DNA of 64,000 nt, from the NCBI GenBank assembly GCA_038087875.1, contig CM075989.1, positions 2,666,001 to 2,730,000 on the forward strand. Direction: 5' to 3'. Below are positions 34,009 to 47,112 of the stretch, in pieces (position 1 is the stretch's first letter; every line of letters begins with the position of its first letter). Source of the DNA: Malacoraja senta. Its lineage: Eukaryota. A program made the position numbers and the translations under genes. The notes under the pieces were generated by a model, which was not told the DNA's origin, did no database searches, and saw nothing but the letters and a program-made list of their open reading frames with translations.

Positions 34009-36923
34009 GCTTCCAGTGGAAGTGGTGGAGGCTGGTTCAATTTTATCCTTTAAAAATAGATTGGATGGGTATATGGACGGGAAAGGAATTGAGGGTTATG
34101 GTCTGAGTGCAGGTAGATGGGACTAGGGGGAAGTATTTATTTAAAAAATATATATAATTTTAAAAAAAATGTTCGGCACGGACTTGAAGGGCCGAGATGG
34201 CCTGTTTCCGTGCTGTAATGGTTATATGGGTATATGGTTGCCCATCGATCACCCATTCACACTCATTTTATGATATCCCACTTTCTCATCCATTCCCTAC
34301 ACACTGAGGGGAATTTACAGAGGTCAATTTACCAACAAACCTGCATGTTGTTGCGATATGGGCGGAAACCAGAGCACCCGGGGAAAATCCACATAGTCAC
34401 AGAGAGATCATGTACACTCCACACAGACAGCCACCGAGATCAGGACCAAACCCTTGTCTCCTAGTAATATGAGGCAGCAGCTCAACCAGTTGTGCCACTG
34501 TGATCAGTGATCACCCCGTACACTAGCACCATCCTACACACTAGGGACAATTTACAATGAACAGAAGCCAATTAACCTACAAACCTGCATGACATTGGAG
34601 CGTGGGAGGAAACCGGAGCACCCGGAATAAACCTAGACAGGTCACGGGGAGAACGCAGACATTCCGTACAGACAACACCCGGAGTCAGATCAAACCTGGG
34701 TCTCTGGCGCCGTGAGGCAGCAACTCTATCGTTGCACCACCGTGCTGCCCAATTACATGAATTATCTAATTAACAGTTATCACTAATTATGCAGCACCAG
34801 ATTAGCCTGGGAATGTTTCCATTTCCCTCACATGTAAACACGTTATCAATACTACAGTCAACAGTGGTGTCCTGCTTTGTTCTTGCATTGATTAGTTTAT
34901 TGCCATTTACAACAGGGTGTAACAATACTCTGGAAGACCGATTTCACAACATTGGATCTAAGGCTTGAGGACCAGTTGCCCAGCTCTGTAATTTGTCATC
35001 TCCTTCATGTTCTGACCTCCCTGCTGTCGGCCTTCAAGGTTTCAGCACCAGTATGAGATCCCATCTTCTGAATGGATACATTAAAGCCCTCCGGATTCAT
35101 CATTGACTAAAACACAAACTGCTGGAGTAACTCAGCATGTGGAGGTAGTGGACAGGCGATGATTCGGGTCAGGATCCTTCTTCGGGCTGATTGTAGTGTA
35201 GATTCGGGGGTGGGGGGGGTGGGGGTGGGTGAGAGTTGGGAAAGAGGTGAGAGTGGGACAAGGCCTGCCAAGTGTGAGGGAGGAACTGCAAATGCTGGTT
35301 TACACCAAAGACTCAGAAGAAGGGTCTCGACCCAAAACATCACCCATTCCTTCTCTCCAGAGATCATAAGAACATAAGTGATAGCAGCAGAATTAGGCCA
35401 TTCGGCCCATCAAGTCTGCTCCGCCATTCAATCATGGCTGATCTATCTCTCCCTCCGAGCCCCATTCTCCTGCCTTCTCCCCATAACCCCTGACACCTGT
35501 ACCTATCAAGCAATGCTGCCTGACCCACTGAGTCACTCCAGCATTTTGTGTCTATCTTCCTGCCAATTGATAGGAGGATACAGGTGAGTGAGGGGTTTAA
35601 CTGTCAGATGGGTGGAATAAAGTGACAAAGGCTAGCAATGAAATTTAAATAACAGGGTGTCAAATAAGGAAATAAGAGGAGTGGTGGGAGGGATAAATGT
35701 GTGAGAGGACAGGGAGGGGGAGGGAAGGAGGGGCGGGATGGTGGGAGAAATGTGCTCAATCATTACAAAACATTCAAATTCCTGGCATATTTAGTTACAA
35801 TTTGCAAAACACTTTCCACATTCTTTTGATAATTTCAGCTAATTATTTTGCATTCACACCTCCCCCAGACATTTGTTGTCTCACATCCCTTTTGTCTTTT
35901 AATCTCTTGCGTTGTCACCTTATCACTGACATGCCTTCACTTCTCTCCTTCCCTCTCTGCATTTCTAACCGGCTTCATCTTCAATAATACCCAGGCACAA
36001 TGGAAGGTCACCAACCCGAAACATTCCAGTGTTTTCTGTTTCTATTTCAGATTTTCTACACCTACTGATTTTCACATTTGCATTCGCTTTATGACATATT
36101 ACTAATAACGAATTTCTTTAGTCAGAGGCCGGTGAATCGGTGGAATTCATTGCCACAGACGGCTGTGGAGGCCATGTCAATGGGTATTTTTAAGGCAGAG
36201 ATAGATAGATTCTTGATTAGTACGGGTGTCAGAGGTTATGGGGAGTAGCAGAAGAATGGGGTTAGGAGGGAGAGATAGATCAGCCATGATTGAACGGTGG
36301 AGTAGATTTGATGGGCCGAATGGCCTAATTCTGTTCCTATCACTTATGAACTTATGAACATATATTCACTGAATCCGAGTCTCGCAGGTTAATGGAGACA
36401 GAATATAACTTTGAGTTCTGCGGATATTGGATTTGTTGTCAAATGCTAACTTTTCACTAGCTCAATATATATAGCAAAGAGAGATGTTTCAACAAACACT
36501 TGAAGGTCAAAGAACATAATCTGTGTGTTGGTCTGGGTGAACAAAATCACCTATAAAGCACAAAAGCAACATTTACAGGTATAATTTATTACACCCCATG
36601 GGATTCACACTAAAACTTGCTTCACTGGAGATGGCAGTTCCGTCCAAGTTAACTTTTTTGAAAAAATTATGTGAGAATCCAATTGACCTTACAGCTCAAA
36701 TAAAATGAGAAATAACTCAATGGAAATAAAACTAAAATGTTCAGCCTTCCAAATTTGTACGCATATCCTTTTATAGACCCTTGTAAAAGGAGAAGCAGTT
36801 TAATGAAACTTGTATTTTTAAATGATTGCCCATATATTCCTTTGAAAAAAAATCATCTGCCCAATCAAATAATTCAACTCCCAGTGTATTCCTGTAGTGT
36901 TTGGCATCCCTTCAATACAATTC

Positions 36924-36925
<2 letters not shown>

Positions 36926-37014
<89 letters not shown>

Positions 37015-37051
37015 ACACACCCACACACACCCACACACACACACACACACA

Positions 37052-37084
<33 letters not shown>

Positions 37085-37118
37085 CACACCACACACACAC
37101 ACACACACACACGCACAC

Positions 37119-37175
<57 letters not shown>

Positions 37176-37205
37176 CACGCACACACGCACACGCACACAC
37201 ACACA

Positions 37206-37293
<88 letters not shown>
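36926..37293. repeat. (CA)n microsatellite, ~370 bp
   Basis: Directly visible. Confidence 0.98.
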
Positions 37294-37295
<2 letters not shown>

Positions 37296-37384
37296 ATATC
37301 TCAAGCTAAAACCAACTCCATATTAACGATAGTGAAGATGTCCGAATGACCTAGTTCTGTTCCTGAAGAAGGCACAGTGGTAGA

Positions 37385-37672
37385 GAGGTGACACAGCGGT
37401 AGAGTTGCTGCCTTACAGCACCAGAGACCAGGGTTCGATCATGACTACCGTTCCTGTCTGTACAGACTTTGTCCGTTCTCTCTGTGACCAGCGTGGATTT
37501 TCTCCCACACTCTAAAGACGTACAGGTTTCCAGGGTAATTGGCTTCAGTAAGATTGTAAATTGTCCCTCGTGTGTGTAGGATAGTGTTAGTGTGTGGGGA
37601 TCGCTGGTCGGCGCGGACCCAGTGGGCCGAAGGGCCTCTTTCCGCGCTGCATCTCTAAAATAAACTGAAATA
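37385..37672 (+). mobile_element. tRNA-derived SINE (HE1/V-SINE-like)
   Basis: Head, body and tail match. Confidence 0.85.
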
Positions 37673-37949
37673 AAGGTATGAATTTATGGCAGTTAATTTG
37701 TGTTAACTAAATCCCTGTATTCCTGGGATCCCAGCATTTCCCTCCACAGATGCAGCCTGACCTGCTGAGTTACTCCAGCACTTTGTTTTTGTTCATGATT
37801 CTGGTATCTGCTATTTCTTGTGTTTTCAAATCCCTCCATTAGAGCTGAAGACTCTACCACTCCTGGCACAGACTACTCCTTGATATGCCGTGTTCTCATC
37901 ACTTTTCATGTAGTGTTTGATTGTCAATTCACACAAGACAGCTAGCAGT

Positions 37950-38480
37950 AGAGGAAGGAAATGCAGATGCTGCTTTACACCGAAGAGAGACACAAAAAGC
38001 TGGAGTAACTCAGTGGGTTAAAGGCAGCATCTTTGGAGAAAAGGAATAGGTGACGTTTCGGGTCGAAACCCTTCTTCAGACTGAACATCAGGGGAGAGGG
38101 AAAGTAGAGGTATAAAGAGGTTCAGTACAAATCGGAACCAGCACCGATGACCCTGGAAAGGTGGAGCCCACAATGGTCCATTGTTGGCTGTGGAATAGGT
38201 GTAACGGAGGGATACATGGATGTGAACAGTGGAACTGGCAGGACCATGAGGGTGGGGGAGGGGCAGCAAGAGGGAATGCAGAAGTTACTTGAAATAAGAG
38301 AAATCAAAATTTATACCACTGGGGTGTAAGCTACCCAAGCAAAATATAAGGTGCTGTTGCTCCAATTTGTGTTGGGTCTCACTCTGACAGTGGAGGAGGC
38401 CCTGGACAGAAAGGTCAATGTGGGAATGGGAGGGGGAGTAAAAATGCTTGACAATAGGGAGATCGAGTAGGCTTAGGCAG
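37950..38480 (-). mobile_element. Penelope-like element 3' end
   Basis: KHFYSPSHSHIDLSVQGLLHCQSETQHKLEQQHLIFCLGSLHPSG, followed by the pseudo-LTR. Confidence 0.85.
38052..38079 (-). ncRNA. Minimal hammerhead ribozyme-like motif (intact core)
   Basis: Reverse strand reads CUGAAGA-A-GGGU-UUCG-ACCC-GAAAC-GUC. Confidence 0.7.
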
Positions 38481-39919
38481 ACGGAGTACACTTTGCTGTT
38501 GAGGGAAAATCTGGGCTTGTATTCCATCAGCAATTAAACGTGAGCACGGAATATTGAATCACAGCACGTGTGGAAAATGCCAGGTAACGTATAGAAGGTT
38601 TCAAACTCCTCACATGAAGTAACATTGCAACAATCTCCCTCTGAACAAAATTAACTCTTGCACATGGATGGGTTTTCCATGATGAAACCATGGAGGCATT
38701 GGAAACGGTTTTACTCACTTTCAACTATGAACTATAACAGCCTATTGCACTTTATCTGTTTATTTATGTGTATATAACACACTGATCTGTTCTGTATTTA
38801 TGCTTACAATATCTGTGGTGCTGCAGCAATGCAAGAATGTCATTGTCCTATCTGGGACTCATGACAATAAACTCTCTTGACCTGACTTGACTTGACATCC
38901 ACTGGTTATCTGACAAGGCTGCATTATGGTGGGCCTGATGCCTCCACTTATTCCAGTGAAGTTTACTGTCACGTGTACCGAGGTACAGTAGTGTGCCAAC
39001 CAGCCAGTGAAGAGAGAATACATGATTACAATCCAGCCATCCACAATGCACAGATACATTGATTGATTGATATTGTAGAGTGACATGTACTTGGTACAGT
39101 CAAATGCTTTGTTTCGTAAACAACACACAAGTATGCAAAGAGTCTCCACATATAGGGTGCCAACGAAGTTACAAAAGTATTCAATATAGTCCCTCTCCCT
39201 TCTCCCCCCCCCCACTTTGTTATCCGCAGCCCCCCCTTTGTCCTCTAGGTGGCCCCCCACGTCGGATGCTTATTCCTGTAGAGTTTGGCATCCCTTCAAT
39301 ACAATTCTACACACAAGCACACGCACCCAATATCTCAAGATATAACCAACTTCATATGAAAGATATTGAAGATGACTGAATGACCTAATTCTTCTCCTTG
39401 GACATGAACTTATGACTGTTTATTTGTGGTTTTCAGTGTTCTGGGGAGCCCAGCATTTCCCTCCACAGATGCTGCCTGACCTGCTGAGTTACTCCAGCAC
39501 TTTGTTTTTGCTCAAGATGTCAGCATCTGTGGTGTCTTGTGTCTGATAATGGGAATAACGTTTAGTGCAAGGTAAAGCCCATAAAGTCCAATCAAAGATA
39601 GACAGAGGGTCTCCCCTGAGATAGACAGTCGTTCAGGAATGCCCTCTGGTTGCAGTAGGGTGGTGCATTGATCACCTGCCTGAGGTACAGATCTGTACGA
39701 GGTCCACGTCTGAGTTACGGATGAAAAAAGGCCTAAGTTTTGTTTCTACCTGCCTGACCAATCCTGAATGGATCAAAAAAACTGTTTTGTTCAATTCTCC
39801 TTGCAATATTCATAAAATCAATTTGAATAACATTAACAGATTTTGTTATACTTTCACAGGGACAATAATCACATTCATAAACTAATCAAAATATGAATAC
39901 ATCCGTGCCCACATCCACC

Positions 39920-40180
39920 ATGACCCACCACCCACCCGCACACCCACCTACACGCACACCCACCCACCCACACACCTACCCACCCACACACCTACCCACC
40001 CACACACCCACACACACACACACACACACACAAACCTACACACCCCCACACACCCACACCCACGCACACACCCACACACACACACACACATACACACCCA
40101 CACACACACACACACACACGCACACACACACACACACACACACACCCACACATACCCACACACACACCCACACACATACC
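39920..40180. repeat. Degenerate (CA)/(CCCA)n microsatellite
   Basis: Directly visible. Confidence 0.95.
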
Positions 40181-40757
40181 TGCACAGATTGACCTTCAAT
40201 CAAGTACTGACAAAATGATTCTCATTTCTGCTCTCACTTTTAAATTAAGAAACTACTCTGTGCCCAGAAATGAACATGAAGACCAGTTGAGTTGAGTTGA
40301 GTTGAGTTTATTGTCACGTGTACCGAGGTACAGTGAAAAGCTTTTGTTGCGTGCTAACCAGTCAGTGGAAAGACAATGCCATTCCATTGCAATGCAAGTG
40401 AAGGGCTGTAGTTATAGACTACAGGAACTGGAAACAGGGGATCGGTGATGATTGGGTTTGCATGCACCATCTATCCAAACTAAGACAAAGTGCTAGAGTA
40501 ATCAGGCAGCATCTCTCGCTCCACCAACCCCTACAATTAGTCGGAGGAAAGGTCCCAACACGAAACGTCACCTATCCACATTCTCTAGAGGACGGCACGG
40601 TTACGCAGCAGTAGAGTTGCTGCCTTACGGCGTCAGAGACCAGGGATCAATCCTGACTATGGGTGCTGACTGTACAGAGTTCACACGTTCTCCCCATGAC
40701 CTGCGTGGGTTTTCTCCAGGTGCTTCGGTTTCATCCCACACTCCAAAGACGTACAGG

Positions 40758-41125
40758 TTTTTCATTGACTGATGAACAAGGACCCCCAGATCCCATTGTA
40801 CTTCCCTTTTTCCCAACTTGACACCATTTAGATAGTAATCTGCCTTCCTGTTTTTGCTACCATCTGCCATGCATCTGCCCACTCACCCAACCTGTCCAAG
40901 TCACCCTGCATTCTCATAGCATCATTGTTTCCTGTCTGCTAAACAATTTTCTATCCATGTCAGCACTCTACCCCCAATACCACGTGTCCTAATTATGCCC
41001 ACTAATCTCATATGTGAGACCTTATCAAATGCTTTCTGAAAGTCCATGTACACTACATCCACTGGCTCTCCCTTGTCCATTTTCCTAATTACATCCTCAA
41101 AAAATTCCAGAAGATTAGTCAAGCA
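40758..41125 (-). mobile_element. Internal CR1 RT fragments
   Basis: TNLLEFFEDV...VDVVYMDFQKAFDKV, joined by deletion to a later RT segment. Confidence 0.8.
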
Positions 41126-42934
41126 TTAGTCAAGATACCAATTTTTCAGCAATTCCTCCCATTATTTGTACATTTCCAAAATTGGTAGTTTTTCGTTGGT
41201 GCTGTGTTGATGGTGAGGTCAGATGTTGAGATCTACTTGGCTCCAGTGCCTGCATGGACAAGTTGTGTGTGTGTGTGTGTTTGTGTTTAGGATCGAGTCC
41301 CCTTGCCAGTGAAGTGAGGATTTTAATGCAAATACTGTTGGCTTTGCTCCCTTTCAGTTGTTGCAATCGATGTGTTGTTAAAATGGTATCTTTAATCCCA
41401 TTAACCCCGAGGCACTGGAATCATAAATGATTTGACCCAAGTGCACCTATTGTACACTTTTATCTTCTTCATCGCAAAAGAGCAGAACGGAATTGGCACG
41501 GCCATTTACTGTGTTTCAATGTTGCAAGAATCAATTAATATTTCATAGACCCCCTCTCTTCCTGGAAGGGATTTTGCTGAATTTTGCAGGAGACATGTTC
41601 CATTGTTACATAAGGACTTCAACTGTGCTTTGAAGCACTGATTTCATATGTGCGCATAGGTTTAACTGGAGACTAATGCAATTGCATGTAACAGCACAAC
41701 CTCCATGTCTCCTGGAAGTCCACATGGACAACATCTGTGGATTTTCCCTCATTGACCTTTATGGTTACTTCCTCAATAAAAGGAATCCGATTCATAAGAC
41801 CCAGTCTCCTATCGTTGACTATCTCTAATCAGTCCCTATCTATCTAAATGCATTAGTACCTTATCACTCAGAATCCTCTCCATTACTGTGCCTACCATAG
41901 GTGTTAGGCTCACTGATCCATAGTTCCCAGGCTTTTCCTTGCAGTCCTTCTTCAATAGAGGCACAATATTAGCCACCCTCCAGTCTTCCAGCATCTCACC
42001 TCACCACGTTCACTCCAACCAGGGATCACCCATACACTAGTTCTATCCTACACTAGGGACAATTTACAAAAGGCAATTCACCCACAAACCTGCACTTCTA
42101 TGGAATGTGGGAGGAAACCGGAGAACCCAGAGGAAACCCATGTGGTCACAGGGAGAACGTACACAGCTCAACCAGGGCTTCTGCAATTTCTTCTCCCGCT
42201 TCCCACAGTGTCCTCAGATATATCTGGAGATATTTGATATATCAGCAGATTAGTTTACCTACATATGCCTTAAGACGTTCAGTGCCTCCTCGACACCCCT
42301 CCAGACATCTCCATTAACTGTCCCAAGTGTACCTAGTCTTCATGTCCTTCTCTATGGTAAAACGGCAGCGAAATACTCATTGAATATCTTGCCCATTTCC
42401 TGTGGCTCCACACAGAAATGGCTACTTTGGTTTCTAAAGGGTCCTATTCTCTCTCTAGTCACCCTGTTTCCCTTGTGCAGGAAGGAACTGCAGATGCTGC
42501 TTTAAACCAAAGATAGACACAAAAAGCTGGAGTAATTCAGTGGGACAGGCAGCATCTCTGGAAAGAAGGAATGGGTGATGTTTCGGGTCGAGACCCTTCT
42601 CCAGTCTGATGATTGGTCCTCGATTCACCTAGTCTGGGCAAGAGACTCTGTGCAAGAGACTTGATCCCAGATGCTTATACTTATCCCATGCCACCTTCTT
42701 TTTCCTGACTAGAACCTCAATTTCTCTTGTCATCTAATCTTCCTTATGCCCACCTGCCTTGCCCTTCACTTTAACAAGAACATGAATGCCCTGAACTCAT
42801 ATTTAGTTTAGTTTAAGAAGGAACTGCAGATGCTGGAAAATCGAAGGTAGACAAATCCGAAACGTTGCTTATTTCCTTCGCTCCATAGATGCTGCTGCAC
42901 CCACTGAGTTTCTCCAGCATTTTTGTCTACCTTT

Positions 42935-43248
42935 AGTTTAGTTTAGTTTAGTTTAGTTTAGTTTAGAGATACAGCGCGGAAGCAGGTCCTTCGGCCCACC
43001 GAGTCCGTACCGACCAGTGATCCCCGCACGTTAACACTATTCTCCATACACTAGGGACAAATGACAATTTTACCAAGCCAATCAATCTGCAAACCTGTAC
43101 GTCTTTGGAGTGTGGGAGGAAACCGGAGCCACCGGAGAAAACCCACGCAGGTCACGGGGAGAACGTACAGACACGCACCCATAGTCAGGATCGAACCCGG
43201 GTCTCTGGTGCTGTAAGGCAGCACATGTACCACTGCGCCACCGTGCCG
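42935..43248 (-). mobile_element. Full-length tRNA-derived SINE (HE1/V-SINE-like)
   Basis: Reverse-complement match; a Penelope-derived fold-back unit (42815-42931) sits in its tail. Confidence 0.85.
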
Positions 43249-43739
43249 GCCAAGCTAGAGGCGCCGACTGTGGCGAGTTTCACACACTGTAAACACAACT
43301 GTTTATTCAACATACCCAAGCATTGACACAACTTGAATGTCACCGCTACAAGTTGGTTTCAGAGACAAATGAGCTCCCCACCCCTCCAGCCCAGTGTCCG
43401 TTGCTCAATTGAACTGCCCTGGTCATTTTCCTTTGGTGCTTTAGTGCCTTGGTTGGGTCTTTTAATTACAATAAAGCTAAATCCAGTTGAACTGGTGTCA
43501 ATAGATCAGGAAGCTCCATTTACTCAAGTGTCCAATAAAGTAGAATCCTTTTAATATCGATAGATTATTTTCCTCCTATCTTGAGTGGATGAACGATATG
43601 TTATTATCACATGGACATGTCACAGTGAAAACCTTTGTTTTGCACACCATACACAAAGTAGCAAAGAATCGCCGCGTATAGAGCGCAGACTAAGCTACAA
43701 AGTGTTCAATGTACTCCCAATAGTCCCTCTTTGTTCACT

Positions 43740-44578
43740 TTAGTTTAGAGATTCAGCGCAGAAACAGGCCCTTCGGCCCACCGAGTCCGCTCCGACCAGT
43801 CATCCCCGCACATTAACACTATCCTACACGCACTAGAGACAATTTACACAATCACCAAGCCAATTAACCTACTAACCTGTACATCTTTGGTGTGTGGGAG
43901 GAAACCGAAGATCTCAGAGAAAACCCACGCAGATCACGGGGGGAACGGACAGACAGCACCCGTAGTCAGGATCGAACCCGGGTCTCTGGCGCTGCAAGCG
44001 CTGTAAGGCAGCAACTCTACCACTGCACCACTGTTCCGTCCTTGTTCTCGACACCCCACCCCCCTCATGCCAGATCTCTCAGTGTTCTATTATCCATTAC
44101 CCATTATCCATTCGGTCCCTTTAAGGATGGCACAGCTCCGCAATAGTCCCCCTACAACCGTCACATTGCAATCTCACCAGGGCAACAACTGTGAAACTGA
44201 TTTGATTTTAACATTTTATTTTTGGGGTCATGGAAATATTAATTGAGAAGCGATCTTAAAGCATGGAATGCGTTTCCCTCAAATTCCTCACAACAGCAGG
44301 GCAGCACGGTGGCGCAGCGGTAGAGTTGCTGCCTTACATCGTCAGAGACCTGGGTTCGATCCTGACTACAGGTGCTGTCTGTTTGCATGTTCACCCTGTG
44401 ACCGCGTGGGTTTTCTCCGGGCGCTCCGCTTTCCTGCCACAAAGACGTGCAGGTTTGTAGGTTAATTGGTTTCTGTAAAACAATTGCCCTTAGTGTGTAG
44501 GATGCGAAACTGGGATAACGCAGAACTAGTGTGTGGGTGATCGTTGGTCAGCGCAGACTCGGTGGGCCGAAAGGCCTG
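43740..44578. mobile_element. Two divergently oriented SINE copies (43740-44035 minus; 44299-44578 plus)
   Basis: Both match the recurring SINE. Confidence 0.8.
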
Positions 44579-44864
44579 GAAAGATTGAATGTGGAGAGGA
44601 TGTTTCCACGAATGGGAGTGTCTAGGACCAGAGGCCATAGTTTCAGAATTAAAGGACGTACTTTAAGAAAGGTGATGAGAAGGAATTCCTTTCGTCAGAG
44701 GGTTGTGAACCTGCGGGATTCATTGCCACAGAAGGCTGTGGAGGCCTCGTCGATGAATATTTTTAAGGCGAAGATGGACAGATTCTTGATTAGTACGGGT
44801 GCCAGGGGTTACGGGGAGAAGGCAGTAGACTGGGGTTGAGAAGGAAAGATAGATTGAGGAAGTA

Positions 44865-45258
44865 ACCTTTATGGTTACTTCCTCAATAAAAGGAATCCGA
44901 TTCATAAGACCCAGTCTCCTATCGTTGACTATCTCTAATCAGTCCCTATCTATCTAAATGCATTAGTATCTTATCACTCAGAATCCTCTCCATTACTTTG
45001 CCTACCATATGTGTTAGGCTCACTGATCCATAGTTCCCAGGCTTTTCCTTGCAGTCCTTCTTAAATAGAGGCACAATATTAGCCACCCTCCAGTCTTCCA
45101 GCATCTCACCTCACCACGTTTACTCCAACCAGGGCTCACCCATACACTAGTTCTATCCTACACTAGGGACAATTTACAAAAGGCAATTCACCCACAAATC
45201 TGCACTTCTATGGAATGTGGGAGGAAACCGGAGAACCCAGAGGAAACCCATGTGGTCA
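44865..45258 (+). repeat. 394-bp direct duplicate of 41755-42148
   Basis: Colinear at offset 3110 with about 7 substitutions and no indels. Confidence 0.95.
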
Positions 45259-45365
45259 GTAGACTGGGGTTGAGAAGGAAAGATAGATCAGTCACATTTG
45301 AATGGCGGAGTAGCCTTGGTGGGCTGAATGGCCTAATTCTACTCCGAGAACTTATCAATAAGGGC

Positions 45366-45664
45366 AAAACCGATACTAGGGTGGGGTGAGCGGGTGTATG
45401 GAAGGGTAGTGGGATATATCTCCGCTTCTTGTACACCTTCATTTGTTCTGGGTTTTTTTTCTTCTTTTTGATTTTCTTGACATTTTTTCTTTTCTTTTTC
45501 TTTTCTTCTTTCTTTCCCTTTTTTTCCTTTTTCTTTTTTTCCGATCTAGTTATTAGTTCATCAAATGTCAAAACTGAAGCAGTACGAAAGTTGTATAACT
45601 GTTATGTCGATCATTTTCTTTTTGTACAATTGCTTCTAACAAAAATAAAATAAAAAAATAAAAA
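45366..45664 (+). mobile_element. 5'-truncated poly(A)-tailed retro-insertion (L1-like 3' UTR)
   Basis: G-rich then T-rich tract, aataaa and A tail; 17-bp TSD with 2 mismatches at 45349-45365 and 45665-45681. Confidence 0.7.
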
Positions 45665-46744
45665 AACTTCTGAATAAGGGCTTGTTTCCTTGTTGTATCA
45701 ATAAACTAAACTAAACTAAACATGTTGCATTTAGGTAACACCTGGGACACAGACCAATGTCAAACGGCACTTAGCCAAACACAATAAGACAAGATTAAAT
45801 ACCTACTACATACACAAACCCTAATTACCAATCTCAATGGTTAATAATAACCCCAATAAACCAGCTCCTGTGAGGAATATAATCACTCCGATCATTAAAT
45901 AATATTGCTGACTACCAGTGGCCTCATTGTTAAGCCGTCATTCTCTCAGTGCTGATCACTGCAAACAACACAGAAGCTTTGTAGCCACAGCTTTGTGGTA
46001 ATTTGTGGAGGCAGTTTTACAATCAGATGAAGCTGTACTCCGAGGCATGAAAGCATCTCCAGGATCTGAACAATGCCTGTCTATTAGGACAAAGGAAATA
46101 TGAGATTGTGCAGATTAAAAAGTAGAATTAATGATCGCAGTGATGTTCAGTAGGAGTTGGAGTCAACCTTCTTTTTCAAGAAGTGTGGTCAATGTGAAAT
46201 AAAATATAATAAAAAAAGGAACTGCAGATGCTGCTTTATACCAAAGATCGGCACAGAATGCTGGAGTAACTCAGCGGGTCAGACAGCATCTCTGGAGAAA
46301 ATGTTTTTATTCGGCACTCTGCTTCAGATGGCACCGTCTGACAAAGGATCCCAAGACGAAATGTCACATATCCATTTTCTTCAGTGATGCTGCCTGACCC
46401 GCTGAGTTACTCCAGCTTTTTGTGTCTTATCTGCTGTCCCTGTGAAGTTTGTATCAAGTCTTGGACCACTTGTGGAGCGTCAAAAAGCAATTTCAGCCGA
46501 CCATACTGATTAGTTGAAAGATACAGCAGGGAAACAGATCCTTGAGCCCGCCGAGTCCATTCTGACCATCGATCACCCGTTTGCACTAGTTCTATGCTAT
46601 TCCATTTTTCATGCACAAATGTTGTATTAGTCCCTGCCTCAACTACCTCCTCCAGCAGCTCATTCCATACACCCACCATCAGTATTAGTGGTTGTGCAAG
46701 AATGAATGGCTGGGTTACTTTGGTTCTGAACATAGAACATACGG

Positions 46745-47112
46745 TACGCAACATGAGCCGCCTTTCCGAGATGCCCAGCGTGCCGTTCCGTGACACGGAG
46801 AGGCACGTGTTATACAGGCTGCGCTTGCACACTCTCCACTTCCGCGCCCTTGTCTTCCGTCCAGACACACCCTGGTAACACCCATGTTACCACCTGATGA
46901 GGGAAGCAGTCCCCAGTGGAGGTCTCTCTGTAAAGGAGTCCTCCCCCTTTACATTGGGGACCTGGGGTGGAGAGTGTTGCACAAAGGTGTGGCCTGCAAC
47001 AGGTACTTGAGCTGGTTCACGGACTCGTCCGCCGCATGTCACTTCTGCGGCGAGGAAGAGACCATGTTCCACGTCTACATGGAGTGTTCGAGGTTGCAGC
47101 CCCTGTTTGAGC
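46745..47112 (+). mobile_element. Tx1 LINE ORF2 fragment (C-terminal zinc-binding region)
   Basis: PQWRSLCKGVLPLYIGDLGWRVLH...CHFCGEEETMFHVYMECSRLQPLF. Confidence 0.85.

Larger units (their letters stand above)
30173..34235 (+). mobile_element. Near-full-length CR1 LINE, inactivated, inserted in a reverse SINE
   Basis: 5' tandem repeats, ORF1, ORF2 (APE plus RT), 3' tail ggcctgtttccgtgctgta(tggttata)n; SINE sequence on both flanks. Confidence 0.95.

Noticed and set aside
36737..37349. Long HT/CV-repeat ORFs (also 39893-40199 and 50956-51598)
   Set aside because: Translations of microsatellites.
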